Positions 29,299 to 37,665 of a stretch of 64,000 bases of DNA are shown here, piece after piece. The notes beneath the pieces were generated by a model. The model did no database searches, was not told the DNA's origin, and worked only from the letters and a program-made list of their open reading frames with translations. Made by a program: the position numbers and the translations under genes. The DNA comes from an uncultured Candidatus Saccharibacteria bacterium (GTDB lineage Bacteria > Patescibacteriota > JABMPQ01 > JAQVVF01): assembly GCA_964574655.1 (NCBI GenBank), contig CAZNOH010000004.1, positions 66,046 through 130,045 on the forward strand, written 5' to 3'. Numbering within the stretch: position 1 is the stretch's first letter; each line of letters opens with the position of its first letter.

Positions 29299-30132
29299 TT
29301 ACTTAAGTTTACCTGTTCCATTGGGGTTAAATCCTTTTTGTATTTCAACATAATCACTAAATGTGTCTCCATCTGTATCTTGGCTGTTTGGGTTTGTTTT
29401 ATATTTGAATTCTTCGATATTGATTAACTTGTCTTTATCGTTATCTTTTTGAGCATCTAACGGATCATTAGGATCAAGACCATATTTTATTTCCCACTCA
29501 TCAGTCATTGTATCGCCATCGGAATCTGTTACTTTTATTTTCTCTTTAATGATGATATTTTCAGGAATAACTTGTTGGTTTGTGTTCAAATTAGTATTAA
29601 CATTAGTATTTGTCTTTGAAGATGGATTAAGCCATTTATTATAAGCAAAAACTCCACCTAAAACTAGACCGGCCAATGCAGCAACAACAACGATTAATAT
29701 AATGATTTTGACAACTAAATTCTTTTTTTCAACTTGTTCAATAGAAGGACCGTCTGCTTGCTGAGGCATTTCCGGGCTTTTTGACTGTGGAGGAATTGGA
29801 GCTTGAGGTTTTGGCATTGGTGCAGGTGCTGGTTTCGGAGGCATTGGAGCTGGTGCTGGCGCTTTTGGTTGAAATTGAGGAGGCTCTTGGACTTTAGGCT
29901 TTGGTGGCATTGCTGGCTGTGGCGGTTGTTGTGCCGGAGGTGTTTGAGGCTTTGGAGGAGCTGGCGGTGTTGGACGACTTGGCATTCCTGGGTCAGGATT
30001 TATTTTTCCCATTTGCTGGCGAAAATTTTGGACGCGATCAGGAGAAGGCTTGAATCTTGTTTTAGGTGGTTCATTGGCAGGCTTGTTTTGATCGTTTGTT
30101 GGTAAATTTGTTGGTGGAACTCCATTTGGCAT
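29299..30132 (-). CDS. Pro-rich membrane protein with TSP3-like Ca-binding repeats
   Basis: Pro/Gln-rich N-terminus, TM, DSDGD...WE..YGLDPND, DTDGD. Confidence 0.8.
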   Translation of the reverse strand: MPNGVPPTNLPTNDQNKPANEPPKTRFKPSPDRVQNFRQQMGKINPDPGMPSRPTPPAPPKPQTPPAQQPPQPAMPPKPKVQEPPQFQPKAPAPAPMPPKPAPAPMPKPQAPIPPQSKSPEMPQQADGPSIEQVEKKNLVVKIIILIVVVAALAGLVLGGVFAYNKWLNPSSKTNTNVNTNLNTNQQVIPENIIIKEKIKVTDSDGDTMTDEWEIKYGLDPNDPLDAQKDNDKDKLINIEEFKYKTNPNSQDTDGDTFSDYVEIQKGFNPNGTGKLK

Positions 30133-30280
30133 TTTGTTTAAAAACTTAAAAAATATTGATCTAAAAATATAAATTTCTAGAGATACTTTTTTAAGCTTGT
30201 ATTTTTATTTTTAATATTTTTAAAACTTTATTTTATTATACAATAAATTGCACTTTAAAACAAACAAACTGTTGATAATT

Positions 30281-30376
30281 TCGTGAATCGCAAATATGCA
30301 CAAATGCCTTAAGGCCACAAATCGCACAAATTATTCGCTTTATTTGTTGCCCTCAGGCATTCGCGGTATTTGTGAG
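30281..30376. repeat. Empty periodic inverted repeat (CACAAAT / ATTTGTG) with small palindromes in both arms
   Basis: gcaaatatgcacaaat-gccttaaggc-cacaaatcgcacaaat ... atttgtt-gccctcaggc-attcgcggtatttgtg. Confidence 0.6.
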
Positions 30377-30420
30377 CAATAAAAAAAGACCAAAATATGG
30401 TCTAATAGGGTGCAAAAAAA

Positions 30421-31005
30421 TTATTCAGCTGTAACTGCCCTGGCCTGCTGTTCAGCTTTGACTCTCTCTTCAACATCAGTGAGCAGAGTTTTGAGACTCT
30501 CAATGTTAAATGATGATGCTCTTGCCCGATAAAGATTGCTAAGAAGACCTTCTAGATAGCTTTTTTTTGTTTCCAGAACAAGAGCAAGTTCAATAATCTT
30601 CTGGTCTGCGTCTCTTTCGACGAGCAAACTATTGTATTCTACGATTTGCTCGTTGACAAATTTTGCAAGAAGACAAATCTGAATACAATATTTTTCGTAA
30701 GCAGTTTGCGGTTCAGAATAGCCATTTTCAGGACGAAAGATATAATAACGCGCCACAATCTGATCAAATTTTCGCATTCCCAAAATCGCAGTCGGAATCA
30801 ATGAAAGCAACAAGACAACGACGCTGGTGATGCACACAATTGCGTTCTGATTGCTGATTGAAAAAGTGAAATATGAGATTATAGAAATTGAACACGAAAT
30901 ATAAAGGAGCCAATCCTTGATTTTTCTATCCATTTTCTTGATCTCTTCTTGGATTTTGAGAAGATCGGGATGATCATCTAATTTCACAAGCTGAATTTTT
31001 TTCAT
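30421..31005 (-). CDS. Orphan hypothetical membrane protein (2 TM + coiled coil)
   Basis: Start MKKIQLV at 31005 preceded by GAGGAGG; 194 aa. Confidence 0.65.
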   Translation of the reverse strand: MKKIQLVKLDDHPDLLKIQEEIKKMDRKIKDWLLYISCSISIISYFTFSISNQNAIVCITSVVVLLLSLIPTAILGMRKFDQIVARYYIFRPENGYSEPQTAYEKYCIQICLLAKFVNEQIVEYNSLLVERDADQKIIELALVLETKKSYLEGLLSNLYRARASSFNIESLKTLLTDVEERVKAEQQARAVTAE

Positions 31006-31098
31006 CTCTTTTCCTCCTCTTTGGAAAGAACAACTTGTAAGATTATAATATTTAACTTGCCTTGTCAAGACTAAAAAATTATGGTACTTTAACGAGAT

Positions 31099-32445
31099 AT
31101 GAAAAATAAATTTTTTATTAAAACATTCGGCTGTCAGATGAATATTTCTGATTCTGAAAGAATTGAGGCTGTTTTGTTGAATGCTAAATTTAAGAAAGTA
31201 GATTCTGAAAATTTGGCTGATTTTGTAATTGTAAATTCTTGTTCTGTAAGGCAAGCTGCTGAAAATAGAGCGATTTCGACATTAAAAAATGCAAGAAAAA
31301 ATAAGCAAATTGCAATTGTCACTGGATGTTCTGCAGTAAAAGAAAAAAATAGATTCAAAAAATTTGCTGATTTTGTTTTGGATATTAAAGATTTGAAAAA
31401 ATGGCCAAGCATTCTACCTTGCCCCCACCTTCGTAAAAACTTCGGTGGGCAGGCATGGCAGGAGTCGCGACAAAAACGAACCTTTGCCATGGGCAAAGTA
31501 GAAACTAACTATTTCAAAATTCATCCAAATTATTCAAGTAAATTCCATGCTTATGTGCCGGTAATGACTGGTTGTAATAATTTTTGTTCTTATTGTGTAG
31601 TGCCTTATGCTCGCGGACGTGAAGTTAGCAGATCTGTAAATGAAATTATTAAAGAAGTAAAATCTCTTGTTAAACAAGGTTATAAAGGCGTAACTCTGCT
31701 TGGTCAGAATGTAAACAGTTACTGCGGTAAGGTAAAAGTCAAAAGTAAAAAGGAAAAAGCTGCAAGTAAAAAATCAAAAAACGATGTCGACTTTCCTACT
31801 CTTCTTAAAATGATTAATGACATTCCTGGCGATTTTTGGATTTGGTTTTTGACTAGCCATCCAAAAGACATGAGCTTGAAACTGATTAAAACGATAACAA
31901 AATGCAAGAAAGTCTGCCGTTATATTCATTTGCCTGCTCAAGCTGGAAATGATGAAATTTTGAAAAAAATGAATCGCAAATATACTCATGCAAAATATTT
32001 AAAGCTTGTTCAATCAATCAAAAAATATTTGCCTGATACTTGCCTTTCAACGGATATTATTGTTGGTTTTCCTTCTGAAACTAAAAAACAATTTCTTGAT
32101 ACCTGCAAACTTTTTAAAGAAGTGAAATATGATATGGCTTTTTTAGCTAAATACTCGCCTAGACCTGGAACAGTATCATTTAAAATGAAAGATGATGTTT
32201 TGCAAGACGAAAAGAAAAGACGTGAAAATTTCTTGAATAATATTTTGAGAAAAACAGCCTTAAAAAATAATAATAAATATTTAGGAAAAAATGTTGAAAT
32301 ATTAGTTGAGAAAAAAAATATTGGCAGAACTAGAACTTTTAAATTAGTTAAATTTAATTTTGATAAAGATTTGATTGGACAGATTGTTAAAGTGAAAATT
32401 ACGAAAGCTTTAGCTTGGATTTTGGAAGGAGAAATAAAAAACTAG
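31099..32445 (+). CDS. miaB: tRNA methylthiotransferase MiaB with two repeat-derived in-frame insertions
   Basis: TFGCQMN.SDSE, NSCSVR, radical SAM CNNFCSYC, TRAM domain. Confidence 0.95.
   Translation: MKNKFFIKTFGCQMNISDSERIEAVLLNAKFKKVDSENLADFVIVNSCSVRQAAENRAISTLKNARKNKQIAIVTGCSAVKEKNRFKKFADFVLDIKDLKKWPSILPCPHLRKNFGGQAWQESRQKRTFAMGKVETNYFKIHPNYSSKFHAYVPVMTGCNNFCSYCVVPYARGREVSRSVNEIIKEVKSLVKQGYKGVTLLGQNVNSYCGKVKVKSKKEKAASKKSKNDVDFPTLLKMINDIPGDFWIWFLTSHPKDMSLKLIKTITKCKKVCRYIHLPAQAGNDEILKKMNRKYTHAKYLKLVQSIKKYLPDTCLSTDIIVGFPSETKKQFLDTCKLFKEVKYDMAFLAKYSPRPGTVSFKMKDDVLQDEKKRRENFLNNILRKTALKNNNKYLGKNVEILVEKKNIGRTRTFKLVKFNFDKDLIGQIVKVKITKALAWILEGEIKN
31412..31503. repeat. Family B2 palindromic element inside miaB with a nested family A element (31424-31453)
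   Basis: ttctaccttgcc[cccaccttcgtaaaaacttcggtgggcagg]catggca...tgccatgggcaaagtagaa. Confidence 0.85.
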
Positions 32446-32474
32446 GTCAAAAACCTAGTCAAGGAGCAAAATTA

Positions 32475-32726
32475 TTATTTCTCATATTCCATCAGCGTTC
32501 CGCATTTTGGACAAATATAGAGCTCAGCTATCTTTTTGGGCAAGAATCTAGCTTTACATTGTGGGCAATCGATTGCAGCAAGATTGAGATCAATTCTTAA
32601 TTTTTCAAAAATAGAAGGATCAGATTGTTCCCGTAGACTTGCAATGATTGCATCTATCTCAGCTTGATCTAATTCTACCCTATTTCGTTGCTTCTCTAAA
32701 ATTCTGTCCCTTGTTGCTTCGTCCAT
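32475..32726 (-). CDS. Small zinc-ribbon protein (paralog of 32768-33013)
   Basis: CPQC...CPKCG; DRIL.K N-terminus; strong SD. Confidence 0.75.
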   Translation of the reverse strand: MDEATRDRILEKQRNRVELDQAEIDAIIASLREQSDPSIFEKLRIDLNLAAIDCPQCKARFLPKKIAELYICPKCGTLMEYEK

Positions 32727-32767
32727 TTCTCCCCTCCTCTCTTTAGAGAACCTTCAAGAATATCATT

Positions 32768-33013
32768 TTAAACGATTTTGATTTCTGCACCACACTTTGG
32801 ACAATGATAGAGTTGCCATATTTCATAGGGCAAAAAAGTGGCATTGCACTGATTACACGCTGTCTTAAGCATCTTATCAATTCCTAATTTCATGAACATA
32901 TTATGATCTGAAGATCCTGCAGGAGTGCCAAGAACAGCCTCTTTCTCAGTCCGATCTAGCTTTTCGCCTTTTTGACGCTTCGTCAAAATTCTGTCTAATA
33001 CTTCTTGTTCCAC
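32768..33013 (-). CDS. Small zinc-ribbon protein
   Basis: CNQC...CPKCG; GTG start with AAGGAGG; TTGACA-17-TATTCT promoter. Confidence 0.75.
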   Translation of the reverse strand: MEQEVLDRILTKRQKGEKLDRTEKEAVLGTPAGSSDHNMFMKLGIDKMLKTACNQCNATFLPYEIWQLYHCPKCGAEIKIV

Positions 33014-33062
33014 TCTTCCCTCCTTGCCTGAGAATATTTAAGAATATAATTTTTAATATACT

Positions 33063-33968
33063 ATGTCAAATAATTTACCTAAAGTTATAGTCATTCTTGG
33101 TCCGACTGCCTCTGGCAAGTCTGGTTTTAGTATTAAATTGGCTAAAAAATATAATGGTGAAATTATATCTTGTGATTCAAGACAGTTTTATAAAGAAATG
33201 AATGTTGGCACTGCCAAAGTGACCAAAAAGGAAATGCAAGGTGTGAAGCATTACATGATTGATATAATTAAGCCTAATCAAAATTTTTCAGTTGCTAAAT
33301 TTAAAAAACAGGCTGAAAAAATAATTAATGATATTTTAAAGCGAAAAAAAATTCCGATTTTGGTTGGCGGAACAGGATTATATATTCAATCTTTAGTTGA
33401 TAATTTAACTATTCCTCAAGTTCCTCCAGATTTTGAATTAAGGAAAAAACTTGAGAAACAAGATATTGAAAAGTTATGGGCAAGATTAATTAAATTTGAT
33501 CCTAAATCCGCTAATTTTGTGCAAAGACAGAATAAAAGAAGAATCATTAGGGCTTTAGAGGTTTGCCAGAAAACAGATAAAACTTTTTCAGGATTTCAAC
33601 AAAAAGGCAAACCGAAATATACTTTTTTGCAGATTGGTATTAAAGTAGATCGCGAAAAACTTTATGCAAGAATTGATAAAAGAGTTGATCAAATGATTGA
33701 TGATGGATTGATTCCAGAAATTAGAAAATTAAATAAAAAGTATTCATGGAAATTACCAGCAATGTCCGGAATTGGCTATGGTGAATTTAAGGGAAAACTA
33801 AATAAAATCAAAGATAAAAAAATTCTGGCAGAAATTGTCCAGAATATTAAATTTCATACTCATCAATACGCCAGACGGCAGGAAAGTTGGTTTAAAAGAG
33901 ATGAAAAAATAAAGTGGATTAAAAAATATAGCCAGGCAGACGAATTGGCGAGAAAATTTGTAAAGTAG
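33063..33968 (+). CDS. miaA: tRNA dimethylallyltransferase
   Basis: GPTASGKS, DSRQ.Y, GGTGLY, YARRQ.SWF. Confidence 0.97.
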   Translation: MSNNLPKVIVILGPTASGKSGFSIKLAKKYNGEIISCDSRQFYKEMNVGTAKVTKKEMQGVKHYMIDIIKPNQNFSVAKFKKQAEKIINDILKRKKIPILVGGTGLYIQSLVDNLTIPQVPPDFELRKKLEKQDIEKLWARLIKFDPKSANFVQRQNKRRIIRALEVCQKTDKTFSGFQQKGKPKYTFLQIGIKVDREKLYARIDKRVDQMIDDGLIPEIRKLNKKYSWKLPAMSGIGYGEFKGKLNKIKDKKILAEIVQNIKFHTHQYARRQESWFKRDEKIKWIKKYSQADELARKFVK

Positions 33969-34049
33969 TTCTACCTTGCCCACCTGCCTACCAGCAGGTA
34001 GGTGGCAAAGGTCAGCAAATTAGTAACCTCTGCCATGGGCAGAGTAGAA
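33969..34049. repeat. Family B2 palindromic element with nested 20-bp CCTGCCTACC-type palindrome (33983-34002)
   Basis: ttctaccttgccca[cctgcctaccagcaggtagg]tggcaaaggt...acctctgccatgggcagagtagaa. Confidence 0.85.
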
Positions 34050-34059
34050 GCTAATTAAG

Positions 34060-34084
34060 AAAAAAACCGACGAAAGTCGGTTTT
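34060..34084. terminator. Bidirectional intrinsic terminator
   Basis: aaaaaaaccgac-gaaa-gtcggtttt between convergent genes. Confidence 0.8.
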
Positions 34085-34101
34085 GTGTTAAAAATAAAAG
34101 A

Positions 34102-35115
34102 TCAGCGAGGTTGAATTTTGGGAAGAAGCTGTTCGAAATGTGCGCTCGTTTCAGGAAAAACTGAGGCAAGAATTACACGGAAATATTGAGAGAAAACATT
34201 GGGATTCCAACGACTCCAATCTTCCCTGCTAAAATCCATACCAATCAAACGCATATCATCAAGGGTTTCCATTGCATAACGTTTTGTGCGATGAACAGAA
34301 TCTCCAATGTCGCCAACGAAACAAAGACCTGTATCTTGATAACGTCTCCGCAAGGCAGTACAGAACTCACGGGTAACAATTGTCAGCGGCCGTAAACCTA
34401 AATCAGTATATGGCAATTTCAAACCTTGTGGCGCGACATCAACTAGGGCAGAATTAAAAACTGGAATAAGTTCGACATCATTTTCTCGGCAGGCTCTGAA
34501 AGTTTCCTGAAGCCCATAAAAACTGCCACAGACTGGAAAGATGAACATTTTTTTTGGTTTATGGTGCGGAAATCCTTCACCGACAAAATGCGCAATTGTA
34601 CTACCAGAAGCTACACATTCTTCCAAGCACAACCAAACATTGTCTTCCCACCATTTACCGGCAAAAGCAAGCCTTTCAATGCGAAAACCATTCGGCTGTG
34701 TTTTGTCTTCCTTGCGTTCATATTTGATGTAAGTAGAATCAATCATAATACCGCTAACCAAAGGTGGCTGACAGAAATGCATGTTGTAAGCCTCGCCACC
34801 ATAAAGAATAATGAATTGAGCCAGCTTTTCACCATCAAACATACCCATTTTTTTGCAGATCTGGGCAAGAGCATGACCAATCTGTTGAAGCATAAAGAAC
34901 TTGTCTGGACCACAGAGCTCCCGACTAAGCAAGAATCTCTGACCTACTCCAAGTGCTGGAAAATCAACAACGAAGATTTTCCGTGGCAAATCAAATTCCC
35001 TAAAATCTGAATAATGACCAAGATTATCAATTCTCCAAACATTTTTTCCATCATGAGAATGAACCAATCGACCGATGTCTTCCAAAAACATCTGAGGCAT
35101 GTTGTCCGTTGTCAT
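34102..35115 (-). CDS. Divergent phosphoribosyltransferase-fold protein (UPRTase-like)
   Basis: PRPP-loop-like 'LEECVASGST'; 'VGDIGDS'; start MTTDN after GGAGG. Confidence 0.55.
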   Translation of the reverse strand: MTTDNMPQMFLEDIGRLVHSHDGKNVWRIDNLGHYSDFREFDLPRKIFVVDFPALGVGQRFLLSRELCGPDKFFMLQQIGHALAQICKKMGMFDGEKLAQFIILYGGEAYNMHFCQPPLVSGIMIDSTYIKYERKEDKTQPNGFRIERLAFAGKWWEDNVWLCLEECVASGSTIAHFVGEGFPHHKPKKMFIFPVCGSFYGLQETFRACRENDVELIPVFNSALVDVAPQGLKLPYTDLGLRPLTIVTREFCTALRRRYQDTGLCFVGDIGDSVHRTKRYAMETLDDMRLIGMDFSREDWSRWNPNVFSQYFRVILASVFPETSAHFEQLLPKIQPR

Positions 35116-35183
35116 CCTCTTTTCCTCCATTGATCGCCGAAGCTCTTTGAGCGAAGGCGATCTTGTTGCAAGGTGCAAGTATC

Positions 35184-35318
35184 AAAAAATCCGCTAGATA
35201 GCGGATTTAAAAGGGATTAAAATAATCCTCCGAAATAGAAATAGTTGAAGCGAATTTTTCTGTTCATTGTTTGCATACACATTATTCAAAGCATAACAGG
35301 TTTTTATTATCAAGTCAA
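35184..35318 (-). promoter_or_regulatory. Candidate attenuator: promoter, Phe/Tyr-rich leader ORF (35217-35267), terminator hairpin
   Basis: TTGACT-17-TATGCT; MNRKIRFNYFYFGGLF*; aaatccgcta-tc-tagcggattttttg. Confidence 0.45.
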
Positions 35319-35344
35319 CCTTCATCAAAATTTCGGCTGATAAA

Positions 35345-36841
35345 TCATACAAGCTTTTTTTGCAGAATTTCAATGACTACTTTTGGATTTGCCTTGCCTT
35401 TTGTTTCTTTCATGATTAGGCCGATAAAAAACTGCAAGGCGTTTTTATTGCCAGCTTTAAAATCAGCAACTGGCTTTGGATTTTCAGAAATAAGCTTATC
35501 TAAAATTTTATCTAATTCATTTTCATCGGATACTTGGCCTAGACTTTGCTCTTCAACAACTTGGGATGGATCTGAACTTTTATCAAACATTATTTTCAAA
35601 ACTTGCTGGCCAGTGGCTGAAGAAATTTTGTTTGTATAAATCATAGCACAAAGTTCAGCAAAATTTTCTGGCGTTATTTTACAATTTGAAATTGAAATTT
35701 TTTCTGAATTTAATAAGGCAAACAATTTTGACGTCAGCCAATTAGAAACTAATTTTACGATTTCTTTATAATTTTTTTCTGTGATATCAGGAGCTTGCTT
35801 TAGCTCGTCAACCCATGATCTAGTTTCAGTTAAAACATTTTCAAAATATTCTGAAATCAGCCTATTTGAAATAATCAATTGCGCCTCTTTTTTATTTAAA
35901 TTAAATTGCTTGATAAATCTTTCTTTTTTGGCTTGAGGAAGTTCAGGCAATCGCTGTCTTAAGTCGCTAACCCAGGCTTGATCTAGCTTTAATGGCGGTA
36001 AATCTGGCTCTGGGAAATAGCGATAATCATGAGATGCTTCTTTTGTTCTCATCTCTGCTGTTGTAGCATCATCATCATTCCATAATCTTGTAGTCGAATA
36101 TTTTGGCGGATTATTTTCCTGCCATAATTTTGTTTGGCGCTCAACTTCATATGTCAAAGCTTTTTCAACAGCTTTGAATGAATTCATATTCTTTAATTCT
36201 GTTTTTGCAGATAATTCTTTTGTCCCTTCAGGTCGCATAGAAATATTTGCATCGCAACGAAGATGGCCTTTTTCCATGTCAGCATCTGAGACGTTAATAT
36301 AACGGATTAAATTGCGAAGTTCTTGCAAAAATATTTTGGCTTCAAGAGGACTTCTAAAATCAGGCTTTGTTACAATTTCCATCAAAGGCGTGCTGGCTCG
36401 ATTATAATCAACAAGACTTGCACCTAAACTTTTTGAATGTGTTAATTTTCCAGCATCTTCTTCAAGATGAATCCTTTCTAAATTAATTCTCTTATTTTGT
36501 CCATTAACTAAAATATCAAAATATCCACCCATGCATATAGGCTCGTCATATTGTGAGATCTGATAATTTTTTGGCGAGTCAGGGTAAAAATAATTCTTGC
36601 GGTCAAATTTAGAATTTTCTGGAATTTTGCAATTCAAAGCAAGACCAGTCATAACTGTCCATTCAACTGCTTGGCGATTAATTACTGGCAAAGCTCCAGG
36701 ATGAGCCATACAAACAGGACAGACTAAAGAATTAGGTTGTTTGCCTTCTGCATTGTTGTCACATGAACAAAACATTTTGGACTTGGTTTTGAGCTGGACG
36801 TGGATTTCTAGACCAATTATTGTTTCTAATTTTTGTTGCAT
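35345..36841 (-). CDS. gatB: Asp/Glu-tRNA amidotransferase subunit B
   Basis: IGLEIHVQL, FDRKNYFYPD, HLEEDAGK, YRYFPEPDLPP. Confidence 0.98.
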   Translation of the reverse strand: MQQKLETIIGLEIHVQLKTKSKMFCSCDNNAEGKQPNSLVCPVCMAHPGALPVINRQAVEWTVMTGLALNCKIPENSKFDRKNYFYPDSPKNYQISQYDEPICMGGYFDILVNGQNKRINLERIHLEEDAGKLTHSKSLGASLVDYNRASTPLMEIVTKPDFRSPLEAKIFLQELRNLIRYINVSDADMEKGHLRCDANISMRPEGTKELSAKTELKNMNSFKAVEKALTYEVERQTKLWQENNPPKYSTTRLWNDDDATTAEMRTKEASHDYRYFPEPDLPPLKLDQAWVSDLRQRLPELPQAKKERFIKQFNLNKKEAQLIISNRLISEYFENVLTETRSWVDELKQAPDITEKNYKEIVKLVSNWLTSKLFALLNSEKISISNCKITPENFAELCAMIYTNKISSATGQQVLKIMFDKSSDPSQVVEEQSLGQVSDENELDKILDKLISENPKPVADFKAGNKNALQFFIGLIMKETKGKANPKVVIEILQKKLV

Positions 36842-36902
36842 AAACTTAACGAAATTTTATATTCCTTAAGAATTATAGCATAACAGAAAAATGTTAACGA
36901 CT

Positions 36903-37535
36903 CTATTTTTTCTTTAATTTTTTGATAACAATTTCAAAAATATCATTGAAGACTTCCTTTTTGTCGCGGTTGCCATCAACGACGTGAATGCTTGGAAAAA
37001 TTTTAGCTAATTTATTATATGTCCGCCAAATTTTCTTTAACTTCTGCTCTTCTTCAAATAATTCCTTATGGAAACGAGATGATTTTATTCTTTTAACACA
37101 TTCTTTTGGCGGAACTTTAATCAAGAAAATTAAGTCTGGTAAAATAAAATGCTGATTGAGTGAGACAAGCCAATCCAGATCTCTAATATTAAGCGAACCA
37201 AAAGCAACCGTAGAAAAGAAATAGCGGTCAGTAATCATTATTTTTTTCTTTTTTAAGGCAGGAATAATTTCCTTTTCTAGATGAAGAGCACGATCTGCTG
37301 TAAATAATAATTGCGAACATTCATTGCTGGCTTTCCAAATATGAGTTAGCAAACCTCTGATTAATCCGCCAATTATATTATTTGTTGGCTCTTTGGTTGC
37401 AAAACTTTCGTAGCCTTGCTGGTTCAAATATTTGTTCAATAAATCAACTTGAGTTGATAGTCCAGATCCATCTAATCCTTCAAAAGCAATGAATAAGCCC
37501 TTGAATGGATTTGTAATGAAGCTATTTTTGTTCAT
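36903..37535 (-). CDS. tmk: Thymidylate kinase
   Basis: FEGLDGSG.STQ, LLF.ADR, DRY. Confidence 0.93.
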   Translation of the reverse strand: MNKNSFITNPFKGLFIAFEGLDGSGLSTQVDLLNKYLNQQGYESFATKEPTNNIIGGLIRGLLTHIWKASNECSQLLFTADRALHLEKEIIPALKKKKIMITDRYFFSTVAFGSLNIRDLDWLVSLNQHFILPDLIFLIKVPPKECVKRIKSSRFHKELFEEEQKLKKIWRTYNKLAKIFPSIHVVDGNRDKKEVFNDIFEIVIKKLKKK

Positions 37536-37562
37536 AACTTTTTAAATTTATTCATGTTGAAG

Positions 37563-37652
37563 TTTCTGCATCTTCTGCGTTGGATTCTGCATCTTTCTGC
37601 GATTAAATTTTTTACGCAGACTAACGCAGAAATGAACGCAGAAAACGCAGAA
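37563..37652. repeat. Empty periodic inverted repeat (TTCTGCG / CGCAGAA)
   Basis: Four ttctgc units followed by four acgcaga units. Confidence 0.75.
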
Positions 37653-37665
37653 TATCTAATAAACT

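Noticed and set aside
31006-31254. Long N-terminal extension of ORF 30421-31254
   Set aside because: It overlaps miaB antisense; promoter and SD support a start at 31005.
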